In this document: piece by piece, positions 1-10,502 of the stretch
How the letters are laid out: each line of letters begins with the position of its first letter
How positions within the stretch are numbered: the stretch's first letter is position 1
Source of the DNA: an uncultured Planctomycetia bacterium
Lineage (GTDB): Bacteria; Omnitrophota; Gorgyraeia; JABMRJ01
DNA: 47,189 nucleotides
Reading direction: 5' to 3'
Assembly: GCA_964556455.1 (NCBI GenBank)
Contig: CAZKWI010000003.1
Span: 1 to 47,189 of the forward strand
Notes under the pieces: model-generated
Told to the model about the DNA's origin: nothing
What the model saw: only the letters and a program-made list of their open reading frames with translations
Databases searched by the model: none
Program-made: the position numbers and the translations under genes

Positions 1-36
1 ATACAATAGTATGATAGCGGGAGAGGGCAGGATAAT

Positions 37-501
37 ATGAAAATTATGGATTTTTTGAACACAAAGGCAGTGACCGTGGGCATAAAGTCTAAGGACAAGA
101 AAGGCGTCATCAAGGAGCTGGTAGACCTCCTGGTTGAAAGCGGCGACATAAAGAAGCCCGATGAATTGGTAAAAGTGCTGATGGCGAGAGAGACGCTCGG
201 ATCCACCGGCATAGGCCAGGGCATAGGCATACCTCACGGCAAATCCGCGAACGTCAAGAAACTGATCGCATCTTTCGGCCTCTCGAAGGAAGGCGTGAAT
301 TTCGACTCCCTGGACGGAGAGCCCACTCACATATTCTTCCTTCTCGTGGCCCCGGAGGAATCGGCCGGGCCGCACCTTAAAGCGCTGGCGAGGATATCGC
401 GCCTTCTGAAAGATAAATACTTCCGCGACATCCTCCTTAAGGCAGGCAGTCCGGAAGAGATACTGAATATCATAAAGAGCGAGGATACAAAGAAGAGTTG
501 A
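37..501 (+). CDS. PTS EIIA component, fructose/mannitol/nitrogen (PtsN-like) family
   Basis: 154 aa with RETLGSTGIGQGIGIPHGK phospho-His motif and HLKALARISR, typical of the EIIA-2 domain. Confidence 0.9.
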   Translation: MKIMDFLNTKAVTVGIKSKDKKGVIKELVDLLVESGDIKKPDELVKVLMARETLGSTGIGQGIGIPHGKSANVKKLIASFGLSKEGVNFDSLDGEPTHIFFLLVAPEESAGPHLKALARISRLLKDKYFRDILLKAGSPEEILNIIKSEDTKKS

Positions 502-1775
502 AGATGCAGCCTTTGAAGTGGCTATTCCCGGGAATGCTTGTAAAGAGATGGGTCTTTCTCGGTATCATTGGCATCATAATGATATCTATGGGTTTTGCCA
601 TAATCATATCAGAACAGATACCTGCCAGCAAGACCGGGGCGAGCGGTATAATAGTTTTTGGTATAATAATAGTCATCACCAGCGTAAAGAGGATGATCAA
701 ATCACTCCTTACCGTATTCCCTCAGCAGGGCCGGCAAAAGGACCTGGTGGACCTGGTTTATAAGAAGAGACAACTTGCCAGGAGTTTTAGTATAGTCGCT
801 CTTGGAGGAGGGACGGGGCTTTCAACGCTGCTCCACGGCCTTAAAGAGTACACAGGCAACATAACGGCGATAGTGACCGTGGCGGACGACGGCGGTTCCT
901 CAGGAAGACTGCGCGAAGAGTTCGGCATGCTGCCCCCGGGTGATATAAGAAACTGTCTGGTCGCACTGGCGGACGCCGAGCCTCTCATGGGAAAGCTCTT
1001 CCAGTTCCGCTTCAAGCAGGGCGAGGGTCTGAAGGACCACAATTTCGGCAATCTCTTCATAACGGCCATGCTTAAGGTCACGGGAGATTTTGAAAAGGCC
1101 GTGAAAGAGTCCAGCAAGGTATTAGCGATCCGCGGGAGCGTAATACCGTCAACTTTATCCAAAGTGACACTGGAGGCGGAATACAAGGACGGAAGGCGCA
1201 CTATCGGCGAGAGCAATATACCTCAGCCATCAGCACCTATAAAGCGGCTTTATATAAAACCGGCCGAATGCCCCGCCACCCGCGATGCTGTTGATGCCAT
1301 AAAGAAGGCAGACATAATATTGCTGGGCCCGGGAAGTCTCTATACCAGCATAATGCCCAATATTCTCATCTCAGATATACACAGGGAGCTCGCCGCTTCG
1401 AACGCCATGAAGGTATATATATGCAATGTCATGACCCAGCACGGGGAGACGGATGGCTTCAAGGCCAGCGATCATCTTAAGGCCATAATCGCGCATACCA
1501 GCCCTGGAGTGGTTACGCATTGCATAGTGAACGACGGTAAGGTGCCGGTCAAGCTGCTCGGCAAATACAAGGCGGAAGACGCTTACCCTGTGGAGGCGGA
1601 CACCGATATGATAAAGAGGATGGGGTACAAAGTTATATCGGGCGGCGTCGTAAGCATGGAAAACTATATCAGGCATGATCCCACGAAACTGGCAAAGATA
1701 ATAAACGACCTAGCCGGCGGCAGGAAGAGGCATAACGGGAGAACCAATGGTAGTAAAGAAGAAAATAACCATTAA
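498..1775 (+). CDS. yvcK: YvcK/CofD-like (UPF0052) gluconeogenesis factor with N-terminal membrane segments
   Basis: ALGGGTGLSTLLHGLK, TAIVTVADDGGSSGRLR, PPGDIRNCL, GPGSLYTSI motifs; two hydrophobic helices at the N-terminus; start could be ATG 504. Confidence 0.88.
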   Translation: MKMQPLKWLFPGMLVKRWVFLGIIGIIMISMGFAIIISEQIPASKTGASGIIVFGIIIVITSVKRMIKSLLTVFPQQGRQKDLVDLVYKKRQLARSFSIVALGGGTGLSTLLHGLKEYTGNITAIVTVADDGGSSGRLREEFGMLPPGDIRNCLVALADAEPLMGKLFQFRFKQGEGLKDHNFGNLFITAMLKVTGDFEKAVKESSKVLAIRGSVIPSTLSKVTLEAEYKDGRRTIGESNIPQPSAPIKRLYIKPAECPATRDAVDAIKKADIILLGPGSLYTSIMPNILISDIHRELAASNAMKVYICNVMTQHGETDGFKASDHLKAIIAHTSPGVVTHCIVNDGKVPVKLLGKYKAEDAYPVEADTDMIKRMGYKVISGGVVSMENYIRHDPTKLAKIINDLAGGRKRHNGRTNGSKEENNH

Positions 1776-2028
1776 GAACAAGCTGGGCCTCCACGCTAGG
1801 CCGGCCGCTTTGTTTGTTCAGACGGCGAATAAATACGACTGCGATATCACCGTAAAAAAAGACGCCGAAGAGGTGAACGGTAAGTCCATAATGGGCATAA
1901 TGATGCTGGCAGCAGGCAAGGGCGACGTTATCCGTATAAAGGCGGACGGCGATGACGCTGACAAGGCATTGGACGAGCTTGTGAAGCTGCTTTCCGGGAG
2001 CCTTGACAAGAAGGGTAACATTCTATAG
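1747..2028 (+). CDS. ptsH: Phosphocarrier protein HPr
   Basis: GLHARPAALFV (His15) and NGKSIMGIM (Ser46) motifs, 93 aa. Confidence 0.95.
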   Translation: MVVKKKITIKNKLGLHARPAALFVQTANKYDCDITVKKDAEEVNGKSIMGIMMLAAGKGDVIRIKADGDDADKALDELVKLLSGSLDKKGNIL

Positions 2029-2041
2029 AAGAGGGGCGACA

Positions 2042-3832
2042 TTGATAAAGAGAAAGAACAAGATGTTGATGTTGAAAGGTATACCGGCTGCCCCGGGGAT
2101 CACCATAGGCAGGGCATATCTTCTTGACTCAGAAGAGATAAGTGTAGTAAAGCGGAGAATAAGGGTAGAGGATATCCCCGCGGAAGTCATACGCTTCAGG
2201 AACGCCCTGTCTAAAACAAAAAGAGAGATCCTCGCCATTAAAGAGAAGATATCCAAAGAGATGGGCGTCGAGCACGGGGAGATATTCAGCGCCCACATAC
2301 TGGTCCTGGAGGATGTCGTCCTCATAGACGAAGTCCTCGCTAGGCTTAAAAAGGAAAAGGTCTGCGTAGAGGCCGTATTCCTGGAAGTCATAAAAAAGTA
2401 TATAAACGCCTTCCTTAAGATGGATGACGAGTATCTCAGGGAAAGGATAAGCGATATAACGGATGTAGGCAAGAGGATCCTTAAGAATATAGTGGGCGTG
2501 CAGACGAACGTATTGAGCGAGCTCAAAAAACCCGCCGTAGTCATAGCCTACGACCTTTCCCCCTCAGATACGGCCACCATGCATAAGAAGAATGTAATAG
2601 GCTTTGCTACTGACATAGGCGGACGGACATCGCACACCGCCATCATGGCCAAGTCGCTCGAGATACCGGCCGTCGTAGGCCTTGAAGGGGTAACGAAGAA
2701 AGTAAAGAACGGAGACCTTATTATAGTCGACGGCATAAACGGCGCCGTTATAATAAAACCCGACAGGAACACGGTCAGGAGATACGAGGCGGAAAAGAGG
2801 GCCTTTGCGACCTTCGAGAAGACGCTCGCTGCGCTGAGGAACCTTCCCGCGAAGACCAAAGACGGCCACAAGGTGATCCTATCGGCAAATATAGAGCTGC
2901 CGGAAGAGATACCTTCCCTTAAGTACCACGGGGCCGAAGGCATCGGTTTATACAGAACAGAATATTTTTACATGAACAAACCGGGTTTTCCCACGGAAGA
3001 GGAGCAGTACAATTCTTACAAAGAAGTGGCTGAGAAGATGTCTCCCGATTCCACCATCATCAGGACACTGGATCTCGGCGGCGATAAATTCCTGTCACAG
3101 CTTGATGTGCCCAAGGAGATGAACCCGTATCTCGGATGGAGGGCGATAAGGTTCTGCCTGGCGAAACCGGATATTTTTAAGATACAGCTGCGCGCTATAC
3201 TGAGGGCTTCGGTGTATGGAAAGCTCAGGATAATGTACCCTATGATCTCGGGACTGGAGGAGCTTAGGAAGGCTAATAAGATACTCGAAGAGGTGAAGAA
3301 CGAGCTCAAGAGGCGCAGAATAGCCTTTGACAAGGATATCGAGGTAGGGGCCATGATCGAGGTGCCTTCGGCAGCGATCACTTCGGATATCCTGGCGGAC
3401 GAGGTCGATTTCTTCAGCATAGGCACGAATGACCTTATACAGTATGCACTGGCAGTCGACAGGGTGAACGAGAAGATAGCCTATCTGTACGAGCCCGCGC
3501 ACCCGGCTGTATTGAGGCTTGTAAAGAATATCATAGACAACGGACATTCCAAAGGCATATGGGTAGGGATGTGCGGAGAGATGGCCGCGGTCCCTTCACT
3601 CGCGTTAGTGCTGCTCGGAATGGGCCTTGACGAATTCAGCATCTCTCCTATAGTGCTGCCGGAGATAAAGAAGGTCATAAGGTCCGTAACGTTCAATGAG
3701 GCAAAAAGAATAGCACATAAGGCGCTGACGCTCTCTACGGGCTCTGAAGTTGAGAGTTATGTGACCTCAAAACTGAAAGAACTTATGCCTGGTTTCAAGT
3801 CAAAGATGAAGATTAGCTCAGGGAGGCAATAA
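2042..3832 (+). CDS. ptsI: PEP-protein phosphotransferase, PTS enzyme I
   Basis: GGRTSHTAIMA, GIGLYRTE, RTLDLGGDK, EMNPYLGWRAIR, DFFSIGTNDLIQY, GMCGEMA motifs; start TTG 2042 after GAGGGG, or ATG 2063. Confidence 0.95.
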   Translation: MIKRKNKMLMLKGIPAAPGITIGRAYLLDSEEISVVKRRIRVEDIPAEVIRFRNALSKTKREILAIKEKISKEMGVEHGEIFSAHILVLEDVVLIDEVLARLKKEKVCVEAVFLEVIKKYINAFLKMDDEYLRERISDITDVGKRILKNIVGVQTNVLSELKKPAVVIAYDLSPSDTATMHKKNVIGFATDIGGRTSHTAIMAKSLEIPAVVGLEGVTKKVKNGDLIIVDGINGAVIIKPDRNTVRRYEAEKRAFATFEKTLAALRNLPAKTKDGHKVILSANIELPEEIPSLKYHGAEGIGLYRTEYFYMNKPGFPTEEEQYNSYKEVAEKMSPDSTIIRTLDLGGDKFLSQLDVPKEMNPYLGWRAIRFCLAKPDIFKIQLRAILRASVYGKLRIMYPMISGLEELRKANKILEEVKNELKRRRIAFDKDIEVGAMIEVPSAAITSDILADEVDFFSIGTNDLIQYALAVDRVNEKIAYLYEPAHPAVLRLVKNIIDNGHSKGIWVGMCGEMAAVPSLALVLLGMGLDEFSISPIVLPEIKKVIRSVTFNEAKRIAHKALTLSTGSEVESYVTSKLKELMPGFKSKMKISSGRQ

Positions 3833-3836
3833 TCTG

Positions 3837-4895
3837 ATGGGACTCAATACTGACCAGATAGCGAAGCTCGACAGATCAAACATGCTCGACCTTTTGCTGA
3901 ATTTCCCGAAACAGCTTAAGGACGCCAAAGAGATAGGTAACGGCATAAAGCTTACGGGAAAGATGGAATTCTCAAAAGTAGTATTTACCGGACTCGGCGG
4001 TTCAGCCATCGGGGCGGACCTCATAAGGTCGTTCGTTTCCGGGGAATGCAAGGTCCCTATCTTTGTGAACAGGGACTACACCCTGCCGGAATTCGTGGAT
4101 AAGGATACGCTCCTTATAGTATCGAGTTATTCCGGGAATACCGAAGAGACGCTGAGCGCGTATAAAGAGGGGCTTGAGAGAAAAGCTAAGATCGTAGCGA
4201 TAAGTACGAACGGCAAGTTAAAAGAGATGGCGCAAAAAGACGGATTTCCCTTTATATCGATACCCGCGGGACTGCCGCCGCGCTGCGCGCTGGGATATTC
4301 CTCCATACCGATAATAGTACTCTTGTCGAAACTCGGAGTTATTTCCGACAAATCCGCCGACATAAACGCGGCCTCTGCGCTCATGGCAAGCCTCAGGGAC
4401 GAGGTCCTTTCTCCGGGTGTGGACGAGGGCAAAAATATCGCCAAAAAGATCGCAAAGTCACTTTTGAATAAGTACGCTATTCTTTACGGCGCGAACCAGC
4501 ATATAGATGTGGTGCTGACCCGCTGGAGAGGGCAGCTGGCGGAAAATTCCAAGGCCCTGTCCGCTACGCATGTATTCCCGGAGATGAATCACAACGAGAT
4601 AGTGGGCTGGCGCAACCCTGCTAATCTTATGAAGGACCTTGTGGTCATAATGATAAGGGATTCCGGGGACCATCCGCGCACCGCGAAGAGAATGGATATA
4701 TCGAAGTCCATAATACAGAAGACCGGGGCGGAGATAATAGAGGTCAATTCAAAAGGCGAGGGGCTGCTTGAGCGGATATTTCTTCTGATATACATGGGCG
4801 ACTTTGTAAGCCTCTACCTGGCTATACTCAACGGCGTCGATCCGACGCCGGTAGACAGCGTAACATACCTGAAGAACGAGTTAGCGAAAGTTTAG
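3837..4895 (+). CDS. Bifunctional phosphoglucose/phosphomannose isomerase (SIS domain)
   Basis: GLGGSAIGAD, SSYSGNTEETL, PRCALGY, QLAENSK, PEMNHNEIVGW motifs. Confidence 0.9.
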   Translation: MGLNTDQIAKLDRSNMLDLLLNFPKQLKDAKEIGNGIKLTGKMEFSKVVFTGLGGSAIGADLIRSFVSGECKVPIFVNRDYTLPEFVDKDTLLIVSSYSGNTEETLSAYKEGLERKAKIVAISTNGKLKEMAQKDGFPFISIPAGLPPRCALGYSSIPIIVLLSKLGVISDKSADINAASALMASLRDEVLSPGVDEGKNIAKKIAKSLLNKYAILYGANQHIDVVLTRWRGQLAENSKALSATHVFPEMNHNEIVGWRNPANLMKDLVVIMIRDSGDHPRTAKRMDISKSIIQKTGAEIIEVNSKGEGLLERIFLLIYMGDFVSLYLAILNGVDPTPVDSVTYLKNELAKV

Positions 4896-4904
4896 GACAC
4901 TTAA

Positions 4905-5648
4905 ATGAAGGCACTGATATTAGCGGCGGGTTACGCCACGAGGCTCTATCCGCTTACACTGGATAAGCCGAAACCGCTCCTTAAGGTAGGCCAAAAGACA
5001 ATAACCGACCGCCTGATGGAAAAGATAGACGGGATCGGCGAGATAGACAAGGTGTATATAGTAACGAACGAAAAGTTCGCGCCTAATTTTGAGGCCTGGG
5101 CGAAAGAGAGTTCCTACAGCAAGCCTATTAAGGTAGTGAATGACCGTACGCTCACGAACGAGACCCGTCTAGGGGCCATAGGCGACATAGAACTGGTAAT
5201 AACCGAAGGCGGTATCACCGATGACCTGCTCATCCTGGGCGGGGATAACCTCTTTGATTTCGCGCTGGAAGACTTTATACAATTCGCCCGCCGAAAGAAA
5301 GGCGCCGCTGTAGCACTGAGAGATGTCGGCGACCTTAAAGAAGCGAAGAAGTACGGCGTGGTCAGCATAAATGAGAATAAGAAAGTGCAGGAATTCGCCG
5401 AAAAACCAGAGAAGCCAAAGTCGACACTGGCCGCGATGTGCCTGTATCTCTTTCCGGCCGCGACGCTGCCTTTGGTCAAGGATTATCTCGGTACAGGCAG
5501 GAACAAAGACGCACCCGGATATTACCTGAGCTGGCTGGCGGATAATACGGATCTTTACGGTTATGTTTTTAAAGGTGAGTGGTTTGATATAGGGGATAAG
5601 AAGCTGTTGAAGCTGGCGGATGAGATTTACAAAAAGAGGGAGGGGTAG
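4905..5648 (+). CDS. Sugar-phosphate nucleotidyltransferase family protein
   Basis: [36 protein letters not shown] motifs. Confidence 0.88.
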   Translation: MKALILAAGYATRLYPLTLDKPKPLLKVGQKTITDRLMEKIDGIGEIDKVYIVTNEKFAPNFEAWAKESSYSKPIKVVNDRTLTNETRLGAIGDIELVITEGGITDDLLILGGDNLFDFALEDFIQFARRKKGAAVALRDVGDLKEAKKYGVVSINENKKVQEFAEKPEKPKSTLAAMCLYLFPAATLPLVKDYLGTGRNKDAPGYYLSWLADNTDLYGYVFKGEWFDIGDKKLLKLADEIYKKREG

Positions 5649-5653
5649 GAAGA

Positions 5654-6823
5654 ATGGGAAAAGTAAAAGTAACGAAGGCGCCGGATTATTACTTTACCTC
5701 AGAGAGCGTCACGGAGGGGCATCCGGACAAGGTCTGCGACCAGATATCGGACTCAATACTGGACGCTATATACGAGCATGATCCCCAGGGCAGAGTTGCA
5801 TGCGAGGCCATGGTGACGACAGGACTTGCTTTCGTAGCGGGCGAAGTAACGACTTCCTGCTATGTTGACATACCGAAGATAGTAAGAAAGACCATAAAAG
5901 ATATCGGCTATACTCACGCCGTGTACGGATTTGATTATCTTACTTGCGGCGTCGTGACCTCTATCCAGGGGCAGTCTCCCGATATCGCGATGGGCGTGGA
6001 TACGGGTGGCGCGGGCGACCAGGGAATGATGTTCGGGTACGCCACTGACGAGACCCAGGAGCTTATGCCGTTGCCCATAATGATGGCGCATAAGCTTACA
6101 AAGCGTCTTACTCAAGTGAGAAAAGAGAGGATCCTGAAATACCTGAGGCCTGACGGAAAGAGCCAGGTTACCGTGGATTATCGCGGCGGGAGACCCAGGC
6201 GCATAGAGGCCGTGGTCATAAGCGCGCACCATGATCATAAGATAGAGATGAAACAGATGACCGCTGATATAAAGTCCTATGTGATAAAGCACATCATACC
6301 CAAGCACCTGATGGATAAAAATACCAAGATATTCGTGAACCCCACCGGCAGGTTCGAAGTGGGCGGGCCGCAGGGCGATTCGGGCGTTACAGGGAGAAAG
6401 ATAATCGTCGACACGTACGGCGGCGTAGGCTCCCACGGCGGGGGTGCCTTTTCCGGCAAGGACCCGACAAAAGTGGACAGGTCCGCTTCTTACATGGCCA
6501 GATATGTCGCCAAGAATATAGTGGCGGCAAAGCTGGCGAAGCGCTGCGAGATCCAGATAGCGTACGCCATAGGCGTGCCTGAGCCTGTTTCGGTCATGGT
6601 CAATTCACACAGGACCGGCAAGATATCCGACGATAAACTAAGGAAAGCCGTATTAAGGACCTTTAACCTTACACCGTACGGGATATTGGAACACCTGAAG
6701 CTGAGGCGGCCTATATACAAACAAACGGCCGCGTATGGCCATTTCGGCAGGGAAGAGGAAGGTTTCACATGGGAAGAGATAGACATGATAAATGAGTTAA
6801 AACGCGAAGCAAAAAGAGCATAA
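5654..6823 (+). CDS. metK: S-adenosylmethionine synthetase
   Basis: [41 protein letters not shown] motifs. Confidence 0.97.
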   Translation: MGKVKVTKAPDYYFTSESVTEGHPDKVCDQISDSILDAIYEHDPQGRVACEAMVTTGLAFVAGEVTTSCYVDIPKIVRKTIKDIGYTHAVYGFDYLTCGVVTSIQGQSPDIAMGVDTGGAGDQGMMFGYATDETQELMPLPIMMAHKLTKRLTQVRKERILKYLRPDGKSQVTVDYRGGRPRRIEAVVISAHHDHKIEMKQMTADIKSYVIKHIIPKHLMDKNTKIFVNPTGRFEVGGPQGDSGVTGRKIIVDTYGGVGSHGGGAFSGKDPTKVDRSASYMARYVAKNIVAAKLAKRCEIQIAYAIGVPEPVSVMVNSHRTGKISDDKLRKAVLRTFNLTPYGILEHLKLRRPIYKQTAAYGHFGREEEGFTWEEIDMINELKREAKRA

Positions 6824-6834
6824 GGGGAGAGAGA

Positions 6835-8091
6835 ATGAAATATCATGTTAAGAGCCTGGGCCTGGCGAAAAAAGGCGCGTTAAGGATAGAATGGGCGAAC
6901 GAGTATATGCCCGTGCTGTCTCTTATAAGGAAGAGATTCCGGAAGGAAAAACCCCTGAAAGGGACTAAAGTGGCGGCGTGCCTGCACGTTACCACCGAAA
7001 CCGCGAATCTCATGGTAACATTAAAGGCGGGCGGAGCGGACACCGTATTGTGCGCGTCGAACCCGTTATCCACTCAGGATGATGTTGCCGCCAGCCTCGT
7101 AAAGCATCACAAGATACCTGTCTTCGCGATAAAGGGAGAGAACAACAAGACATACTACGACCACATAAACAAGACCCTTGACTTAGATCCTCATGTAACG
7201 ATGGACGACGGGGCGGACCTTGTTTCCACCATACATAAACAGAGGAGAGACCTTATAGACAAGCTTATAGGCGGTACAGAAGAGACTACCACAGGCGTCA
7301 TAAGGCTGAGGGCCCTCGAAGAGAAAGGCGAATTAATGTTCCCGCTTATTGCCGTCAACGACGCCGATACAAAGCATCTTTTCGATAACAGGTACGGCAC
7401 GGGGCAGTCCACGGTAGACGGAATAATACGCGCCACCAATATCCTCATGGCAGGGTCGGTAATTGTCGTATGCGGATATGGATGGTGCGGCAGGGGAGTC
7501 GCTACCCGCGCGCGCGGTATGGGCGCCAATGTTATAATATGCGAGACAGACCCGTTGAAAGGCCTGGAGGCCAAGATGGACGGTTTTGATGTAATGCCCC
7601 TTAAGAACGCCTCACGCAAGGGGGATGTATTCGTGACATTGACCGGGGATATCAGCGTACTGCGCAAGGAGCACTTTGTGCTTATGAAAGACGGTGCTAT
7701 CATATGTAATTCCGGGCATTTCAATGTCGAGATAGATCTTATTGAGCTTAAGAAGATGTCGCGCAAGGTAAGGACCGTCAGAGAATTTGTCCAGGAGTAT
7801 ACTACCAAAAGCGGCAAGAGGATAAACGTCCTCGGCGAGGGAAGGCTGATAAATCTCGCGGCTGCCGAAGGGCACCCGGCAAGCGTAATGGACATGAGTT
7901 TCGCGAACCAGGCGCTCTCATGCGAGTATTTAAAGAAGAATGGCAGCACACTGGATAATTCCGTGTACAAAGTGCCGGAGCATATAGATAAGGAGATCTC
8001 CAGGCTCAAGCTGAAGTCGCTGGGTGTAAAGATCGATGACCTGACCGACAAACAGAAAGAGTATCTCTCGAGCTGGGAGATGGGGACATAA
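6835..8091 (+). CDS. ahcY: Adenosylhomocysteinase
   Basis: [55 protein letters not shown] motifs. Confidence 0.97.
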   Translation: MKYHVKSLGLAKKGALRIEWANEYMPVLSLIRKRFRKEKPLKGTKVAACLHVTTETANLMVTLKAGGADTVLCASNPLSTQDDVAASLVKHHKIPVFAIKGENNKTYYDHINKTLDLDPHVTMDDGADLVSTIHKQRRDLIDKLIGGTEETTTGVIRLRALEEKGELMFPLIAVNDADTKHLFDNRYGTGQSTVDGIIRATNILMAGSVIVVCGYGWCGRGVATRARGMGANVIICETDPLKGLEAKMDGFDVMPLKNASRKGDVFVTLTGDISVLRKEHFVLMKDGAIICNSGHFNVEIDLIELKKMSRKVRTVREFVQEYTTKSGKRINVLGEGRLINLAAAEGHPASVMDMSFANQALSCEYLKKNGSTLDNSVYKVPEHIDKEISRLKLKSLGVKIDDLTDKQKEYLSSWEMGT

Positions 8092-9063
8092 GTGAAAAAG
8101 ATCGCGATACTGACGAGCGGGGGCGATGCCCCCGGCATGAACGCGGCGATACGCAGCGGCATCCGCAACGCTATATATAGGAAATTGATCCCTTACGGCG
8201 TGATGCGCGGATATGAAGGGCTCATCGATGGCGAGATCAACCAGATGAACGCCCGCAGCGTCAGTAATATACTTACAAAAGGCGGAACAGTGCTGAAGAC
8301 GTCCCGCTCGAAGAGGTTTCTCGAAAGATCTTTCAGGAAAAAGGCTGCGGATAATCTGAAGAGAAAAGGTATAGAGGGATTGGTGGTGATAGGCGGCAAC
8401 GGCTCTTTTAAGGGTGCGGCCCTTTTGGGGGATGAGACGGGAATGCGTATTGTAGGCATACCCGGGACGATAGACAACGATATCTGCGGCAGTGATTATA
8501 CCATAGGGGCCCACACAGCGGTAGATACGGCCCTCGATGCCATTGACAAGATAAGAGATACCGTTACAAGCATGGAACGTATTTATGTCGTGGAAGTAAT
8601 GGGCCGCAAAGAGGCATTTATAGCTATAAGGGTGGGCCTTGCCGGCGGCGCGGAGGAAGTTATCTATCCGGGAATAGAATATGATATTAAGAATGTCTGC
8701 AGAGATATAAGATTCGGCAGGGATAAGGGAAAGTTAAACTGGATAATCGTCGTCTCCGAGGGCGCTGCTAAGGCCGACGACATAACCGTCGCGATAGAGA
8801 AGAATACAGGTTTTGAGGTAAGGCCTGTCATACTGGGCCACGTGCAGAGGGGCGGTTCTCCTTCGGCCTTTGACAGGGTGCTGGCCTCCAGGCTCGGCGC
8901 AGCGGCAGTGGACGCTTTGATAGAAGGCAGGTCGGGCGGTATGGTGGGTATAGTCTCCGATAAATTGAACTTTGTCAATTTCAAGACCGCCTGCATGACC
9001 GATGAAACGAAGGCAAGATTAGATCGAGAGATGTACGCATTAACCAAGGTACTGGCAATATAA
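8092..9063 (+). CDS. pfkA: ATP-dependent 6-phosphofructokinase
   Basis: LTSGGDAPGMNAAIR, GGNGS, PGTIDND, VEVMGR, LGHVQRGG; Gly at both donor-specificity positions indicates ATP type; GTG start. Confidence 0.94.
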   Translation: MKKIAILTSGGDAPGMNAAIRSGIRNAIYRKLIPYGVMRGYEGLIDGEINQMNARSVSNILTKGGTVLKTSRSKRFLERSFRKKAADNLKRKGIEGLVVIGGNGSFKGAALLGDETGMRIVGIPGTIDNDICGSDYTIGAHTAVDTALDAIDKIRDTVTSMERIYVVEVMGRKEAFIAIRVGLAGGAEEVIYPGIEYDIKNVCRDIRFGRDKGKLNWIIVVSEGAAKADDITVAIEKNTGFEVRPVILGHVQRGGSPSAFDRVLASRLGAAAVDALIEGRSGGMVGIVSDKLNFVNFKTACMTDETKARLDREMYALTKVLAI

Positions 9064-9067
9064 ATGA

Positions 9068-9108
9068 GCACATGAGTTACGGAGCGAAGCGACGTAACTC
9101 ATAAGTGC
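9068..9108. repeat. Intergenic hairpin with GAGCGAAGCGA loop
   Basis: GCAC-ATGAGTTACG (9072-9081) / CGTAACTCAT (9093-9102)-AA-GTGC; 10-bp perfect stem. Confidence 0.7.
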
Positions 9109-9113
9109 GAATT

Positions 9114-9169
9114 TATCCCCGCGTAAGCGGAGATCCAAAGCGTAGATTCCCGCTTGCGCGGGAATGACA
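9114..9169. repeat. Double-hairpin palindromic repeat, family A, copy 1 (partly degenerate)
   Basis: ATCCCCGC-GTAA-GCGGAGAT ... GATTCCCGC-TTGC-GCGGGAATGACA; similar to 30103-30161 and 37335-37388. Confidence 0.85.
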
Positions 9170-9188
9170 AAAAAGGAGGGTAATACAC

Positions 9189-10499
9189 GTGAAGAATGTC
9201 GATCAGCTGGCAATGGACCTGGCACTGGCAAAGGAACAGGAAGAAAAAGAACGGATATTCGGCGAGATCCTCGAGGCCGCTTATGAAAACGGGATCTACC
9301 CCGCGAGCATAGACATCTTTTACCGCGCGAGGGCCAAGGACGGCTTCGGCGGTTTCACGGTCCCCGCGATAAACCTGCGCACGATGACGTATGACCTGGC
9401 GAGGGCTATCTTCAGGACCGCGAACAGGATAAACGCAGGCGCTTTTATATTTGAGATAGCCAAATCCGAAATGGGCTATACCGACCAGGTCCCCGCAGAA
9501 TTCTCCGGCATGTGCCTGGCCGCCGCTATAAAAGAAGGGTACAAAGGGCCTGTATTCATACAGGGCGACCACTTCCAGATGAATATGAAGAAATACAAGG
9601 CTGACCCGGCGAAAGAAGTGGCAGGAATGAAGGCATTCATAGAGCACGCGGTAGATGCGGGTTTCTATAACATAGACATAGATTCGTCCACGCTGGTAGA
9701 TCTTTCCAAGCCGACGGTAGAGGCCCAGCAGGAGCTGAACAGCAAGGTATGCGCCGAACTGACCAACTTTATCCGCGGTATTCAGCCGGAGGGTGTGGAG
9801 ATATCTGTGGGTGGAGAAATAGGGGAAGTGGGCAGCGAGAACTCTACACCGGAAGAGCTCCGTGCGTTCATGAAGGGTTTTCATGCCGACCTTAAGAAAG
9901 GTAACGGCGGTATAAGCAAGGTGAGCATCCAGACAGGTACCTCCCACGGCGGGGTGGTGCTCCCTGACGGAACAGTCGCTAAAGTGAAGCTGGATTTCGA
10001 TACGTTAAAGAATCTGTCGAAGATAGCAAGAGATGAATTCAGCATGTCAGGCGCGGTCCAGCACGGCGCTTCAACCCTGCCTGAAGACGCATTTGGGAAA
10101 TTCCCAGAAGCGGAGGCCGCCGAAGTGCATCTGGCTACACAGTTCCAGAATATAATCTATGACAGCAAGCTCTTTCCGGGTGATCTGAGAGACAGGATAT
10201 ACGGCTGGATAAATAAGAACCTGACCGCGGAGAAAAAAGAAGGGCAGACCGAAGAGCAGTTCGTATACAAAACGAGAAAGAAGGCACTGGGCCCGTTCAA
10301 GAAGGATATACTCAGCATCCCCGCGGGGACCAGGGACCAAATAGCCGCCGAGGTGGAAGAGAAATTCGCAATGCTTTTCGAAAAGCTCAATATAAAAGAC
10401 ACGAAAGAGCTTGTCGTTAAGTATGTCCCGTTCAAGAAGATATCCGTCGGAAAGAAGGCGTCGGTTAAGGTAGAGATGGACGGGGAGGGCGACGACTGA
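9189..10499 (+). CDS. Class II fructose-bisphosphate aldolase family protein
   Basis: VPAINLR, QGDHFQ, IDIDSS, GGEIGEVG, GTSHGG, VQHGASTLP metal-binding motifs; AGGAGG RBS then GTG start. Confidence 0.87.
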   Translation: MKNVDQLAMDLALAKEQEEKERIFGEILEAAYENGIYPASIDIFYRARAKDGFGGFTVPAINLRTMTYDLARAIFRTANRINAGAFIFEIAKSEMGYTDQVPAEFSGMCLAAAIKEGYKGPVFIQGDHFQMNMKKYKADPAKEVAGMKAFIEHAVDAGFYNIDIDSSTLVDLSKPTVEAQQELNSKVCAELTNFIRGIQPEGVEISVGGEIGEVGSENSTPEELRAFMKGFHADLKKGNGGISKVSIQTGTSHGGVVLPDGTVAKVKLDFDTLKNLSKIARDEFSMSGAVQHGASTLPEDAFGKFPEAEAAEVHLATQFQNIIYDSKLFPGDLRDRIYGWINKNLTAEKKEGQTEEQFVYKTRKKALGPFKKDILSIPAGTRDQIAAEVEEKFAMLFEKLNIKDTKELVVKYVPFKKISVGKKASVKVEMDGEGDD

Positions 10500-10502
10500 T
10501 CT

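Noticed and set aside
8080-8094. ATGGGGACATAAGTG at the ahcY/pfkA junction resembling both ends of repeat family B
   Set aside because: Explained by the ordinary AhcY C-terminus (WEMGT-stop) plus the GTG start of pfkA; no hairpin
7191-8168. Long antisense ORFs (this one, 9099-9947, 15762-16547, 29362-30270 and others)
   Set aside because: They are shadows of well-supported genes on the opposite strand and show no recognisable motifs
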